Source: Octopus sinensis (taxonomy: Eukaryota). From it: a stretch of DNA of 64,000 nt. The notes below the pieces were generated by a model. The model was not told where the DNA came from, ran no database searches, and saw only the letters and a list, made by a program, of their open reading frames with translations. The stretch's first letter is position 1; each line of letters opens with the position of its first letter. The position numbers and the translations under genes are program-made. The stretch covers positions 45,074,001 to 45,138,000 of the forward strand of contig NC_042998.1 of assembly GCF_006345805.1 (NCBI RefSeq), written 5' to 3'. Shown piece by piece: positions 49,443 through 63,194 of this stretch.

Positions 49443-50065
49443 GTTCGTAACAATTATTAAAATTGTTCATTCCAAAATAGAATTTGTATTCTATAATGAG
49501 AATTTTTTTTTCAGTTACTTTTGGTTATTAGTTTAAGTTAATAAAAGGAAACAACAGAATCTTTTTGTGTTAGTGTATGTACGTCATTATTCAGTTTTAT
49601 TTCAAGATTTCTTTCCAATAAAGAAAGAACCAGTTTCTAATCTAGATCCAAGGCTCCTTCACTGGAATTTCAACAATATCAACAGAGTATTTTTGTTTGT
49701 ACGTATGTATGTATGTATGTATGTATGTATGTGTATGTATGTATGTATGTATGTATGTATGTATGTATGTATGTATGTATGTGTGCATGTATGTATGTAT
49801 GTATGTATGTATGTATGTATGTATGTATGTATGTATGTATGTATGCATGCATGTGTGTGTGTTGATGATAAGATTTAATACTGAATGGTAGAGTCAAATT
49901 CATTTTATATTTGGGTTGACTCTGACTTCAAATCCTTCTTCTTGAGGTTTTTTTAAACAGAATGTTTGAATAGGTGGTGTAATCATCATCCACATCATTA
50001 TCATCAGTATGTGCGTGTGTGTGTGTGTATGCATGTGCGTGCACACACATGCACACACACACACA

Positions 50066-50119
<54 letters not shown>

Positions 50120-51041
50120 CACAAATACCTGCATAGATGAATACATAATAAAACAAAAGATAAATATAAAGAGACTCCTTGTAGCAGCCAAATACCCCAA
50201 AATCTCACTACACAGTCTTAAAAAAGAGGACACGTTAGATAATCTACTCTGGAATATATTATGCCTAGAAGGATAAAATACAGAATGATCAGTTACAAAA
50301 CCTTTGATAATAGTTGTGCTTAATCAAGTCTAATTTGAGGCTAAGCAACAAAGGGCTTCTCGCTTTGTATTGTGGTCAAACTGGATGAAGATGCATAGGA
50401 AATGCAAAACTACATGGTTGTAAAACATAAGTACTAAATATAGAAATTCTGTTTTGGTGGAAAGAAATAAAGTGAATATGATCCATTGAATGTATAACAT
50501 TAATCTTCATAAAAGACAGAACAAACAAGGTGATTGAACAGCTAAATAGTAAAGGCATCAACTTATGTATACAAGAGAGTTAGTTGTATTAATATGTGAA
50601 GGAAATTAAACAAGATTGTCTCTAGGGATAACAATAATGAATTATATATGTTTTTCCTTTGTGGACTACATAGCAATAAAAAGACCTCTTCCAATCATTT
50701 TGGTAGAAAAATGCAATAGTAATTACACAGCGTATGGTTTGTGAATGAAGGTTAAAAGAGAACAAAATTCAGACATAGAATGTACAAGTTATAGTTTACC
50801 TGATTGATCATGACAAAGTTTACATAAATGTGTTTGTAAATTTACATAGATATTTTCATGTTTTACAATGTCAATTAAATAATGTGCTGTATAAAAACGT
50901 GTATATATATATATTTTTGTTTGTTTTACAAAATCAGTTGCACAAAGTGTTGTAGAATGTCTTATAGAAAATATCCATACATAGGTTGATATCTGTGAAG
51001 TCAATATGTTTACAAACAGATACTTAACTGCAGTAACGATA

Positions 51042-51490
51042 GATCATCATCATTGTTCGACCGTGGTCGAGACAATGGAATTTACTATGCTATGCCAGAC
51101 TTCAGAGGTCCTGTTGCTGGATGCCTGTATCCCTGGAGATTACATCAGGGTAGGAGAGTGTACGCCCTCCGGTATCGCAAGGAGATGGCTTCCAGAGGAG
51201 AAGAGTAGAAATTACCTTGTTATCAGCTCTACAACAATTTCCAGCAAACTGGACTCTTCTACCTTTCGCAAGAGATGATACAGGTGGTAGTTTCCCGTAT
51301 ATTTGTACTTTTCTTGGATGACGCTTCCATGAGAGATTTTGAGCTCTCATAAGGAGGCGAGTGTAAGTTCCATCCAACCACCTCTCAAGCTTCAATGATA
51401 GATAACGCATGTTTTTTTTCAACTGGTACATACAGACATTTCCAAAAGATACCTCATTCAGCTTAAGAGTTTTGTTTAAGTTTTGCATTG
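51042..51490 (-). mobile_element. RTE/RTEX-like LINE 3' fragment
   Basis: LDGTYTRLLMRAQNLSWKRHP..IYGKLP..RRVQFAGNCCRA..LLLWKP, ending in a short (GAT)n tail. Confidence 0.8.
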
Positions 51491-51962
51491 TGGATTCTTA
51501 GCATCTGCGTGAAAAGATGCTGGAAAGCTGAACCACTAAACTCATCTGGTGTAGAGCAAATTGAACCAAAATCCAGGCACATGATTTGTTTAAATAACTA
51601 AAAATGGCTCACATACTTCTAAAGTATGTTAGGCAAAAAAATTATGATTAGATTGTGAAATCATTAGTGGTTGAACAGAGTCACTACATGTGAATGACAA
51701 ATGTGAGTAAAAAAAGTACATCTGAAGGAGTGATTAAATCAGATGTCAAGATGCTGGGTGACTAAAGACATAGGTGATTGGTGATATTCTATACAGTAGA
51801 CCTGTCTAACCTATACTATCCAGAGAAACAGATGTTGAAACAGTGATGACAATGAAAAGCATACAGTTATACAAACACATACTCACATACATACAATAAG
51901 GTCTATCTAAAATTAGAAAAATTGCCTTATTTTACATATTTGTCTTTTCATTTACTTCACAG

Positions 51963-52074
51963 GTTGAGAGAAAGCGACATATTGGTAACGACATTGTTAA
52001 TATTGTTTATTTTGACTGTGATTTCGAAAAACCGCCCGTATTCAAGCCTAATATGATGAAGACTCATTTTACTC
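51963..52074 (+). CDS. GARNL3: GARNL3-like exon, VERKRHIGNDIVNIVYFDCDFEKPPVFKPNMMKTHFT
   Basis: Acceptor tcacag|, U12-type donor |GTATCCTTT, 112 nt, phase 0/1. RKRHIGND carries the RapGAP catalytic Asn. Confidence 0.96.
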
Positions 52075-54495
52075 GTATCCTTTTGATGCCATCTGTAATA
52101 TTCATTAATTTAAAAGTCATCATCATCATCATCATCATCATCAAAATAATAAGAATAAAGGATCTTTTCGGTTTGAACGGCAGTTTCTTAAAATAATTTC
52201 CACATAACTAAACACTTTTAAACTTCGTATACTGGTAGAATGTGTTTATAAAACATCTTTTTCTCTTGGCTTTATTGAGAAAATTCTATAGTTTGTAAAA
52301 TATTTGGGGGGGTTTTTTCTTCAATTTCTGAAATTTCAACCAATCAATGACGTCTATTGAGGTAAAAACATTCTGTACCATATGAATATGTCCCTCGTTT
52401 AAGAAACAGATTGGGTTTATTTACATTTGTGAAGAAAAAAAAGATACCCTTCCCCCCACCTCTAACCCTAACCCTAACTAACCCTAACTAACTCTAACCC
52501 TAAAACAGATTGAAATGCAATAGATCGATACTAGGGTCATAATTATGTGTGGCAATTTCATATGACACCGCTAGAAAAACTGCCGTTCAAACAAAAAAGA
52601 TCCAGAATAAATAGAAAGGCAACTGCTTCTATATAGTACATAAGTTCACTGCAATTCATGTGAAATTGGTACCAGCAAGGAATTTTTTTCCCATCATGTG
52701 TTTATTTGTCTGCTCATTGCCTACCCACTTCATTTTAGTAAACTTAGCATGAAAAACAACAGCTATTCTCCTTGAAAAACTCCCACCCCAAACAAGGCTC
52801 CAAAGACATTTGTTACACATCACTTTGTGTGATCATTGCTATGCTAGATATAGCAACTAAATTGCCTTTGAATCACATCTGGTTAGCATTAGAAAAAAAA
52901 GTAAAAGATATACTGTATTTTCCAGCAAACAAGTGAACATAGTATATAGTGTAAACATTCAAACATTGACAATATCTTTTCAAAGCCTTCTGCATTTCAC
53001 ACGGAAGTTTTGGTCCTTCCGAATTCATCAAGTCAACCAACCTGTTTTGGCTGTAAATTTTAGTCTGAAGAATCGAACTTATATGTTAGAAAATATGATA
53101 GAATATTGAGCAAAATGCCTTGTGGTGTTTGTTCTGGCTCTTATCTTTTTGAATTCCAATTCTGCTAAAATCAACTCTGCCCCCTAATCTTTTTGAGTGG
53201 TGGTGGGCATGGTATAGTAATTGAAATACCTGTCAAAAACTGGATTGATATAATCAATTTTTTCCCTTCGCCATAAATTTCTGGCCTTTTGCATCACAAC
53301 CAGAATGCTCTATATTATAGTTCAGCACAATAAATGCCTACTTAGGTTAGCCAAAGATTCCCTTTTGTCATGAATGACTATGGGATGCACCTAGAAAGTT
53401 GCTCTACGAGGCACAAGTCTGGGCAAGGTTGTTTATGAAAAACCAGCAGACACCCATGCATACCAGCCTTCCCTCTCCATGCCATTGATGTTATCCAAGA
53501 CAAAGGCCAATACAGCTTGGTACCAATGACATTGCAACTCATTTCAAAAGATGAGGGAACTGGAGCAATGTGAACACAACACACAGCCCTGTCTGGGAAT
53601 TGAACTCACCACTTCATGATTGTGAGCCCAATGCCCTAACCATTGAGTCATGCATCTTCACCAACAACAGCAACTAAAGAAAGAAGACTTCCTATGACAA
53701 ATTACTTTTGTTCATAACACTTTAATTGGACCAGTGATGAAGCTTGTAAACTTAACTCTTTAGTCTTTGGCTGTTGTTGTTTTTTAGCCCCAATCATCCT
53801 CATAATTATAATTATTTTCTAAATTGATTTTTTTTAAATATTTAAAAAAAAAAACATGATTTTTTTCATGGCCGTAGCCAGTACAGCCTGACTGGCCCTC
53901 ATGCCGGTGGCATGTAAAAGCACCCACTACACTCTCAGAGTGGTTGGCGTTAGAAAGGGCATCCAGCTGTAGAAACTCTGCCAGATCAAGATTGGAGCCT
54001 GGTGCAGCCATCTAGTTCACCAGTCCTCAGTCAAATCATCTAACCCATGCTAGCATGGAAACCGGACGTTAAACGATCATCATCAGCAGTTAATGTTTGC
54101 TTCCCATACTGGCATAGGTTGGATGGCTTGACAGGAATTAGCAAGGCCAGTGGGATGCACCAAGTTCCATGGTCTATTCTGGCTTGTTTTCTACAGCTGG
54201 ATGCCCTTCCTTAATGCCAACCACTTTACAGAGTGTAAAGAATGCTTTTTACATGGCACAAGCACCAGTGCTTTTTACATGGGACCAGCACCGACACCAA
54301 TGCTGATATTCTCACTGGCTTTATGTTTAAACCAGCCAGATATGGCCTCTCACATCTAGCCTACAATATCATTCTAAGCTATAAGATAATGCAATATGAA
54401 TAAATAAGCATTACATTTGACGGAGTAATCTGAATATTAAAGGGTTAAAGTAACAGTTGTTATTTTTATATGTTTTCCTCAACTTTTGCTCTCAG
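52075..54495 (+). other. U12-type (minor spliceosome) GT-AG intron, 2421 nt
   Basis: 5' splice site GTATCCTTT at 52075. Branch sequence TTTTCCTCAAC at 54473-54483, with the branch A 13 nt from the 3' junction and only a short spacer before the AG. Boundaries are independently fixed by the reading frame. Confidence 0.9.
52160..52603. mobile_element. MITE with GG-ended TIRs and 8-bp TSD (Merlin-like), containing degenerate (CTAACC)n
   Basis: TIRs GGATCTTTTCGGTTTGAACGGCAGTTT / AAACTGCCGTTCAAACAAAAAAGATCC. TSD AGAATAAA at 52152-52159 and 52604-52611. Confidence 0.8.
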
Positions 54496-54541
54496 ATATT
54501 TATGCAGTTGTAATGTACAACAAGGAGCAAGATGCATTTAA
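54496..54541 (+). CDS. GARNL3: GARNL3-like exon, (H)IYAVVMYNKEQDAF
   Basis: Preceded by U12-type branch site TTTTCCTCAAC and ctcag|, donor |gtaatt, 46 nt, phase 1/2. Restores the frame between the neighbouring exons. Confidence 0.9.
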
Positions 54542-54750
54542 GTAATTGAAAAATATTCTTATATATTTCTTGTATTTCTATATATGCCAATATATTTCTA
54601 TAAATTTCCATATATTCAATTAATTTTTTTCTTTCTCTTCTTTCCTTTTGTATTAATAATTTTAATATTTGGTACTATTCTTTTGTCATAGCTATTTTGC
54701 AGCACAAATTTCTATATTATGTACAAATAGAAACTTTGTGCTTTAGATTT

Positions 54751-54892
<142 letters not shown>

Positions 54893-55573
54893 GAAGGTCA
54901 GCTGAAAATTTCATAGGCTGACCAGGGTACTTTCATGGAATATGACCAAGTGAGGTTTATTTTTTAACATAGTCTCCCTTGCAGTCAACAACATCCTTCC
55001 ATTGGTGTTGCAGTGCTTGAATCCCATCAGTGAAGAAGCTTTCATCTTGTTGGCATATATTTAAGTATTATTATCTGAGGATATTTTCCTCATTGCCTTC
55101 CACTAAACTCAGAGTCCCTTCAAAAAGGACACAGGGTCTTTCTTGCCTCCCATAATTCTTGTAGCTCTTGGAAAAGATAATGGGAACTGCCTTGCCCTTT
55201 CTCCTCTAAAAGATAACAAAAATGATCCCTGTTAGAATAGATACACGAACTTCAATATCACAGTGTAAGTAGAGCTTTGCCACCCAGGGTGGTTTTTGTG
55301 TTTGCCACAACCATCACCTCCTGCAAAATAGCTCAATCCTTCTCCAACAGAATAAGATGCCATCTGAGGCAGTCTGTCCTTCTTTGGCACCACTAGTGCC
55401 TCTACATTATATATGTGAATGTGAACTTTGCTAAAACTTTCTCTTCTGTCAGTAAGAAAGATCTCTATACTACATATGTTTATTTTTAGTAACTTAATTT
55501 TGTAAATTAATCATAAATAACTTAATTCTTACTTATTTTAATACACACACACACATATATATATATATGTATG

Positions 55574-55622
<49 letters not shown>

Positions 55623-56343
55623 TTGCACTCAAATTATGTTTCTTGATTGTTATACATATGATATGTTAATTACGAAACAATTCTTAATAATTAGGATAAT
55701 TATTAGATTACTTCCAGTAGCCTGTAACATGTTGTTTTCTTAATAATTATTGGGCTCTCAAGGGTAACAAACTGGCAGAATTGTTAGAGCTATGGGAAAG
55801 AATGCTTTGCAGTATTTATTCTGACACTTTACATACTGAATTCAAACCCTGTCGAGGTCAACTCTGCCTTTCATCCTTCTGGTGTCAATAAAATAAAGTA
55901 CCAGTGAAGTACCAGAGTCAGTGCAATCAACCAACCTCTTCCTCCAGATTTCTGGCCTTATGCATTTGTTAAATCTGATTTATTATTGGTTTATGTTTAA
56001 ACCGAAAATTTACAGTTTGTTAAATCCTGTCTGTTACATGGTAAAGTTAGAAATCACAGTTAATAATGGTTTTTAAATAAGGCCGCAAGCTGACAGAATC
56101 ATTAATACATTTGGGTGAAACACTTAGTGACATTTCTTCTGGTTCTTTATGTTCTGAGTTCAAATTCCACCAAGGTCAACTTTGCCTTTCATCCTTTTGG
56201 GGTCGATGAAATAAGTATCAGCTGAGTACTGGGGTCGATGCAATTGCCTTCTTCCTCTCCTCAAATTGCTGGCTTATGCCAAAATTAGAAAGAATTAATG
56301 ATTATGAAATATTATTTCAAAATGTAAGAGATATCAATGCAGT

Positions 56344-56838
56344 GAGCTGGCAGAAACGTTCGCATGCCGGGCGAAATGCTTAGTGGTATTTCATCTGCCA
56401 CTACGTTCGGAGTTCAAATTCCGCCGAGGTCAACTTTGCCTTTCATTCTTTCGAGGTCGATTAAATAAGTACCAATTACGCACTGGGGTCGATATAATCC
56501 GTTTGTCCTTGTTTGTCCTCTCTGTGTCTAGCCCTTTGTGGTTAGGGCAGCGGACTCGCAGTCGGAGGATCAAGGTTTCGATTCCCAGACCGGACGTTGT
56601 GTGTGTTTATTGAGCAAAAACACCTAAAGCTCCACGAAGCTCCAGCAGAGGGTGGTAGTGACCCCTGTTGTACTCTTTCACCTTAACTGTCTCTCACTCT
56701 CTCTTCCTGTTTCTTGAGTAATGCTGCGATGGACTGGTGTCCCTTCCAACTGGGGGGAAAACATACGCCACAGAAACCGAGAAACCGGGCCCATGAGCCT
56801 GGCTAGGCTTGAAAAGGGCGCATAAATAAATAAAAAAA
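56344..56838 (+). mobile_element. Chimeric SINE: two different families fused at a GTGG microhomology
   Basis: The first family runs to ...TAGCCCTTTGTGG (56541) and then switches to the head of the second family, GTGGTTAGGGCAGCGGACTCG. Confidence 0.7.
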
Positions 56839-58047
56839 TTTCCTTTGAAATACACTGCCTTTGTTTCAATAAATTTTGAAGCTAATGTCTGCTTGGATCA
56901 ACTTTGCCTTTCATCCTTTCAGGACCAATAAAATACGTACCAGTTGAGCGTTAGGGTCAGAATAATCAACTAACCTTGCTGCCTCCTAAAATTTCTGGTA
57001 TTGCGCCAAAATTTGAAACCATCATTATGCTAGTGTTTGGAACATAGGCCAAAATGAAATTTTGATGGAATTCTTTTATTTAGTTCATCTTAACCCTTCT
57101 GTTGCCATATTTCTGTTGAAATACACAACCTTTGCTTCAGTTAATTTTAAAATAATGAAGAATTTAGTAAAATAGAATTGTCATTTTTAAGTTGGTGTTT
57201 GCAGCATAAATTAACATGAAATTTTAATGAAAGATTTTAATTTAGATCACTTTGAAATAGCAAGTTTGTATTGTAGAACCAAGGGTGGTCTCAAGTGGGT
57301 CGGTATCAAAAGGGCCAAAGCAGGAAATTTGCATTATAGAACCAAAGGTAGTCTCAGGTGATTTGGTATCAAAAGGGTAAAACTATTCCTTGGTCAAACC
57401 TAGAACCACACTACACCATCTGAACATGTAGTGTTGAATTACATAGACTGCAGCATGACAGAGTAAACATGTGTTCAAAGGAACACAAATTGTCAGCTGC
57501 TGCATCCCTAATGATCTAGAATCGTTAAACAACAAGAGATAATGTCTGACAATTTATGTTCTTTTTTAAATATTGTTGTTAATACACAAACAACATGGAT
57601 ATTGCCACTTGTCAGCAGAGGATGGGTATGGCATCATAAATATTCTGTCATTCAATAATTTCAATTTATGAGTCATTAAAAATATTATAAAAATCGTTTT
57701 TGCTATGTTGGAATTTTATTAATTTTATTTCATTTTTTGAAGATTCAGAAGTCAATTAAAATACTAACACATTTCCTCTCGTAAACAAACTGAACTGGCA
57801 TATTTTAATTTGAAGGAATTCTAGCTGCAGAAATGGTCCTGTGATTAATATAGTCCACTTTGCAATCACATAGTTTCAGGTTCAATTCCGTTGCATGACA
57901 CCTTAAGCAAGTGTCTTCTACTATTGTTCCAAACTGTCTAAATCTTTGTTACTGAAATTGGTACATGGAAACTGTTTGGAAGATCAGTGTATGTGTTTGT
58001 GTATGTGAGTGCGTGTCTGCATGTATATACATACATACATATATATA

Positions 58048-58083
<36 letters not shown>

Positions 58084-58252
58084 TGTATGTATGTATGTAT
58101 GTATGTATGTATGTATGTATGTATGTATGTATGTATGTATGCACATAAATACATATTTATATATATGTGTGTGTGCGTGTGTGTGCGTGTGTGTGTGTGT
58201 ATGTATATATGTATACATTTATATACATAAATACATATTTATATATATATAT

Positions 58253-58327
<75 letters not shown>

Positions 58328-59013
58328 TTCACATACATATATATGACAATCTTTATATCCAACTTCATGCAGATGCTTTGCTGGAACACCAATTAGAGTA
58401 TTCACACAAATATATATATCACTAGCAGACGAGAATTGTCTGGCATGGGCACCAGAACAACCAGATTATAGGATTTCAATGTACTGCATATCTTCAGTGA
58501 CAGGCACCCTCTGGCTGCATACCAGCCGAATCTCATTACCAACAATATATAGAATTACAGTGACTTTTCATACACTGATGTAGCAAATAGTCAGCAGGCT
58601 TATTAAAAAATAGTTATTAGTACCAAAAGGCAATCCTTATATCCAACTTAATGTGGATGTTTTGTTAGAACACCAAATACTGCTGTGTTTGCCTTGAGAG
58701 GTCCTCTCATATAGATGCAAGTGCATAAAAGCACTAGTACTCAGAAGTCCAACTACCCAGTTTCCATGGCTGAGATCACAACGTAACCCCTGAACAGGTC
58801 ATTGCAGGGTTCAAGACCAACAAGTTCGAGTCGAGGGGGCAAGTCAATTACATTGACCCTACACTTTATTGGTCCTTTATTTTATTAACCCTGAAGGGAT
58901 GAAAGGCAAAGTTGACCTGGGTGGGATTTGAACTCAAACTATATAGAAGTGGGGAAAAAATTGCTACTAAGCAGCTTTTGCAATGTGCAAATGATTCTGC
59001 CAGCTCACCACCT

Positions 59014-59049
<36 letters not shown>

Positions 59050-59067
59050 ATACATGTGTGTGTGCAT

Positions 59068-59108
<41 letters not shown>

Positions 59109-59559
59109 CATGTGTGTGAATGTGCATAGCTTAGTGGTTAGGGTGTTGCACTCACAATTGCAAGATCATGGATTTTAATTCCCTGAACAGGCAGTGTGTT
59201 GTGCTCTTGAGCAAGGTACTTCATTACATGTTATTGCTCTAGTTCAATTAGCTGCAAATGCAGCTGATTACCAGACTGAAACATGTATGTATGTATGTAT
59301 GTATGTATGTATGTATGTATGTATGTACGTATGTACGTATGTACGTACGTACGTATGATGGACTTCTTTCCATTTCCCCCAACCAAATCCACTCACAAAG
59401 CCCTGATCAATTGAAGGTAATAGTAGAAGACACTTGCTCTAGGTGCTGCAGAATGGGACTGAGCCTGGAACTATGTGGTTGAGAAGCAAACTTCTTACCA
59501 CATAGCCACAGAAAAATGGAAAAGATTCTAGAGAGCTGCATGCAACTTTTATTGTGATA

Positions 59560-61018
59560 CTAGCAGGAGTACTTGACGTTACTCGGGTATTAAATACTCA
59601 GCAATGATTTTAATAGGTTCTACCATTTTTTCTTTGTACATCTCTTTTGAATATTTTTTTTGCGTTTAGTTGCAAACATTGACATTGAGGAAGAAGTGAT
59701 TTTTCCCAAGCGGCATTTATTAGTTGAACAACCAAATGCCAGAGGAAGTGCTCAAGGTTTGGGTAATGTGGTGGAGGGAAATGTTTACAAATCGCACAAT
59801 GTGTAGACATCACAGGCATTTTATCCTATTAGACTGGTGTTGAAAGAATGTTGTTTAATTATGGCGGGATGGGTATAAACGGTATGAACTAAGTGCCATT
59901 AATCATTTTCACACGCAAAGGAGTAAGTGAGAGTGGAAGGTTGACCTAGACTAGCAATCTGCAAAAAAGTGAAGCTGTTGGAGGAGGAGGAGTGTCTATG
60001 TTTCGCAGTTTTCTGTAGAACCCAGATGCACAGGGACAATGAACAAATACTTTCCAGAAATGATGCAACATAGCGGTCCTTTTGCGACAAAAAGCAAAGA
60101 AAAATATCGAGCATTCCTTGAAACTGCTTTCTTGGGTGTAACTCTGCAAAAATGCAAAAAGGTGATGTTTCACAGTATTTCGTAGATCTGTCACATATTA
60201 ACCAAAAATATTTTTAAACCATTGTTAAGTCAAGTACCTATCATGTGAGATTTGGACAGATTTGGTCAAAAATGGGGGATTTAAGGGCAAAAAAACAGTT
60301 TTCTATTCAGTTTTTCACAATTGTTGGTCATAACAGATGAATTCTGTGCATATCGGAGTATCCTAACATTATCCTTAGGATGAGTAAATAGTGTGTAAAG
60401 TTAGAATGCAATCCACCGAAGCAGTGAGAAGTTTTTGAAAATTTAAAGGGGGTAAACAGTGTATAAAATCGTTTTTTTTTTCACAGTTTTACACCGTTTT
60501 TTTGTCACACAGGGATGCCTTTGGACATAGAAGAGATACTTGATAGAACTGCCATTACGTGGTGGTGTTTTAGCCATAAAAACCAAGGAAATCAGACTTT
60601 CCAGTTAAAAGTTTTCTACTGTGTAACTTTGCAAAAATGCAAAAGATCAATTTTTTCAAAGTTTTCCACAATTTTCTTGGGGATCAGAGGCCCCAAGGCA
60701 GTGCCAAAATATTTGTCTGAAACGTTGCAACATGACGATCCTTTTGAGATCAAAATTATAAAAATCGAACGTTCCTATAAAAACTTTCTTCGCATGCAAC
60801 TTTTGCCATTTTTTTTGCAAAAAGTGGGGGTCCCTTCAGTTTTATTGATTTTTCTCCTAGAAGTGGGTATCTCTAGGCATCGATAATGCAGCAGTGACCT
60901 GCCAGAGTAAATTTGCCATTTAATAAAAAAAATTTCATCAAAATTGGATGAAAAATGTGGAAATGCATAAAAAGTATACATATACACACACAGACATTTT
61001 GAGCTTTATAGATATAGA
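59560..61018 (-). mobile_element. Non-autonomous Helitron (second family)
   Basis: Minus-strand 5' end A|TCTATATCTATAAAGCTCAAAATGTCTG. 3' hairpin GAGTA-8nt-TACTC followed by CTAG|T. Confidence 0.7.
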
Positions 61019-61304
61019 TAAACTCTTTGTAAAGTGTTAACTATCATAACTGTGGTCAACTATGTTTTCAAATAGTTAATTATATTTTACTTTAGTTATG
61101 GTAGTTTCTGGTGCTATCATTAACTTTAGGCAATGTTATGGCGCCCTTTGTTTTGCAAAGGCCATTAAAAGTGATTGTCAATGTTAAATGTATTGTAAAA
61201 TTGATTGGAAAATGGTTAGGAAACAATAATAGAAAGAAAGGGTAAAAATAGAAAGAGATTACAACTTTCAAATATAAAATAAATATATTTCTTTTATTTT
61301 GTAG

Positions 61305-61411
61305 ACTTTCTGTATTCTCTGAAGAGTCTGTTCCATTATTTGGACCTGTATTACCTTCACCTCCCATTTTCACAAACCATAAAGAATTCCGTGACTTCCT
61401 TTTAGTTAAAT
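61305..61411 (+). CDS. GARNL3: GARNL3-like exon, (K)LSVFSEESVPLFGPVLPSPPIFTNHKEFRDFLLVK
   Basis: Acceptor ttgtag|, donor |gtaagt, 107 nt, phase 2/1. SEESVPLFGP and EFRDFLLVK motifs. Confidence 0.96.
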
Positions 61412-62204
61412 GTAAGTATTCATTTCATTGTTCTGGGGATTCTTTTTTTATTATTTCAAAATGAAGCTTCCTACATTATTATATTTTCATTCATATTTAA
61501 TCTATAAAAAAATTTTTTCATAAATAGGTTTATTTCTATCACTTCATATACCAATATGTTCTATGAATATTCACCGTTAACAAAAAAAAAAAAAGAAATT
61601 TGAAAATAGAATACACAATAGTGCCCCACCATCTCAATGAAATAAACAGCTTTGTATCAAGGCAAATTATTCACTGCTCTAACAGCTCATTGTATCATAA
61701 TAGAATCAGAGAATTGCAAGGTAAAATTAATGGTTCTGGTTTAAACCAGATTGTCTTCTTTTATCACCTCAGGTAAATTGCTCTTTATTCTCTGAATGGC
61801 AGCATCAACTTTGTGTCAATGGAATTCTCATTCTAAATTCTGTAACTGCATTACCAAATCAATGTGCTGGATTATAAGTGATTGGCAAAACAAGGCCAAC
61901 AAATATTCTGCCATCTAAAGGCAATTTACGGTAGATATTGAAGTCGTTATTGCAAAATCATTGTTTTATTGACTCTTTATTACTTTATTTCGTTTCTAAT
62001 AATTTAGAAGTCAATAAAATTACTGTTGACCCACTTTCTCGAATTAATAATTAATAAATAAATGAAATAAACTTCAAAACGTGATTTAATGTAGAGGATG
62101 TCTAAAGGTTGGAGACAAGTGACACCAGCAAGCTCCACATAAACAACATGGCACAGATAAGTTCATAGATTAATTAGGTTGAAGAGGAATTAATTGTTGT
62201 TTAT

Positions 62205-62576
62205 AAGAGTGAAGATTGTATTGGTTTGGACATGTGGATGCACATGGATGATAACAGATGGGTAAAGAGGTGCCGGGAGATGCCAAGTGGAAAGAATACT
62301 GCAGAAGAAGAAGTAGAAGAAGACTAAGGAAGACATGGGCGGGCAGAAGTGGCGAAAGCTGATCTCAGGAAGCTGAACCCTTTCCAAAGAGATAACAAAG
62401 GGATGAAGCAAATGGCAAGGCTCTGCACTGAGAATGATTTGTCCAATCCATGATGCAAGTATGAAAAAGCAGACATAAAAATGACGATGGTGGTAGTGGC
62501 GGTGGTGGCGGTGGTGGCGGTGACGGCGGCGGTAGTGGCGGTGGTGGTGGAGGTGGTGGAGGTGGTGGTGGTGGTT

Positions 62577-62608
<32 letters not shown>

Positions 62609-62750
62609 GGTGGTGGTGATGGTGATGATGGTGGTGGTGGTGGTGGTGGTGGTGGTGATGATGAAGACGATGACAATGATGGCGGCAGCAGCAGCAGCAG
62701 TGGCGATGGGGACAACAATGACAACAACAGCAAGAATGACAGTGATGAGG
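62205..62750 (+). mobile_element. Decayed RTE 3' end whose tail continues as a long (GTG/ATG)n trinucleotide tract
   Basis: WFGHV..MDDNRWVKRC..RKTW..KADLRKLN, then CCAATCCATGATGCAAGTATGAAAAAGCAGAC, then the triplet repeats. Confidence 0.65.
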
Positions 62751-62954
62751 ATTCTCACCCACAGCTTCTTTCTCCTCGCTTAGACACATCAACCAAAAGG
62801 GAACTTCTGCATATATTTGCTTAATGCAGCAGTGTAATACCCTCCCCCAACTAATTCACCATCACCACCTTTAAGAAAAGAAAAAAAATGAGTCATGTAT
62901 TGTAAATCTAACATATTGGAATAGTAAGCTCAACAATAAAGATGAAATAGCCAT

Positions 62955-63160
62955 ACTCTTTTACTCTTTTACTTGTTTCAGTCATTTGACTGCGGCCATG
63001 CTGGAGCACTGCCTTTAGTCGAGCAATTCGACCCCAGGACTTATTCTTTGTAAGCCTGGTACTTATTCTATCGGTCTCTTTTGCCGAACTGCTAAGTTAC
63101 GGGGACGTAAACACACCAGCATCGGTTGTCAAGCAATGTTGGGGGAGGGAACAAACACAA

Positions 63161-63194
<34 letters not shown>

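Noticed and set aside
62190-62792. 200-aa poly-His ORF and its alternative frames
   Set aside because: It is a trinucleotide expansion at the tail of a decayed RTE, with no splice or homology support.
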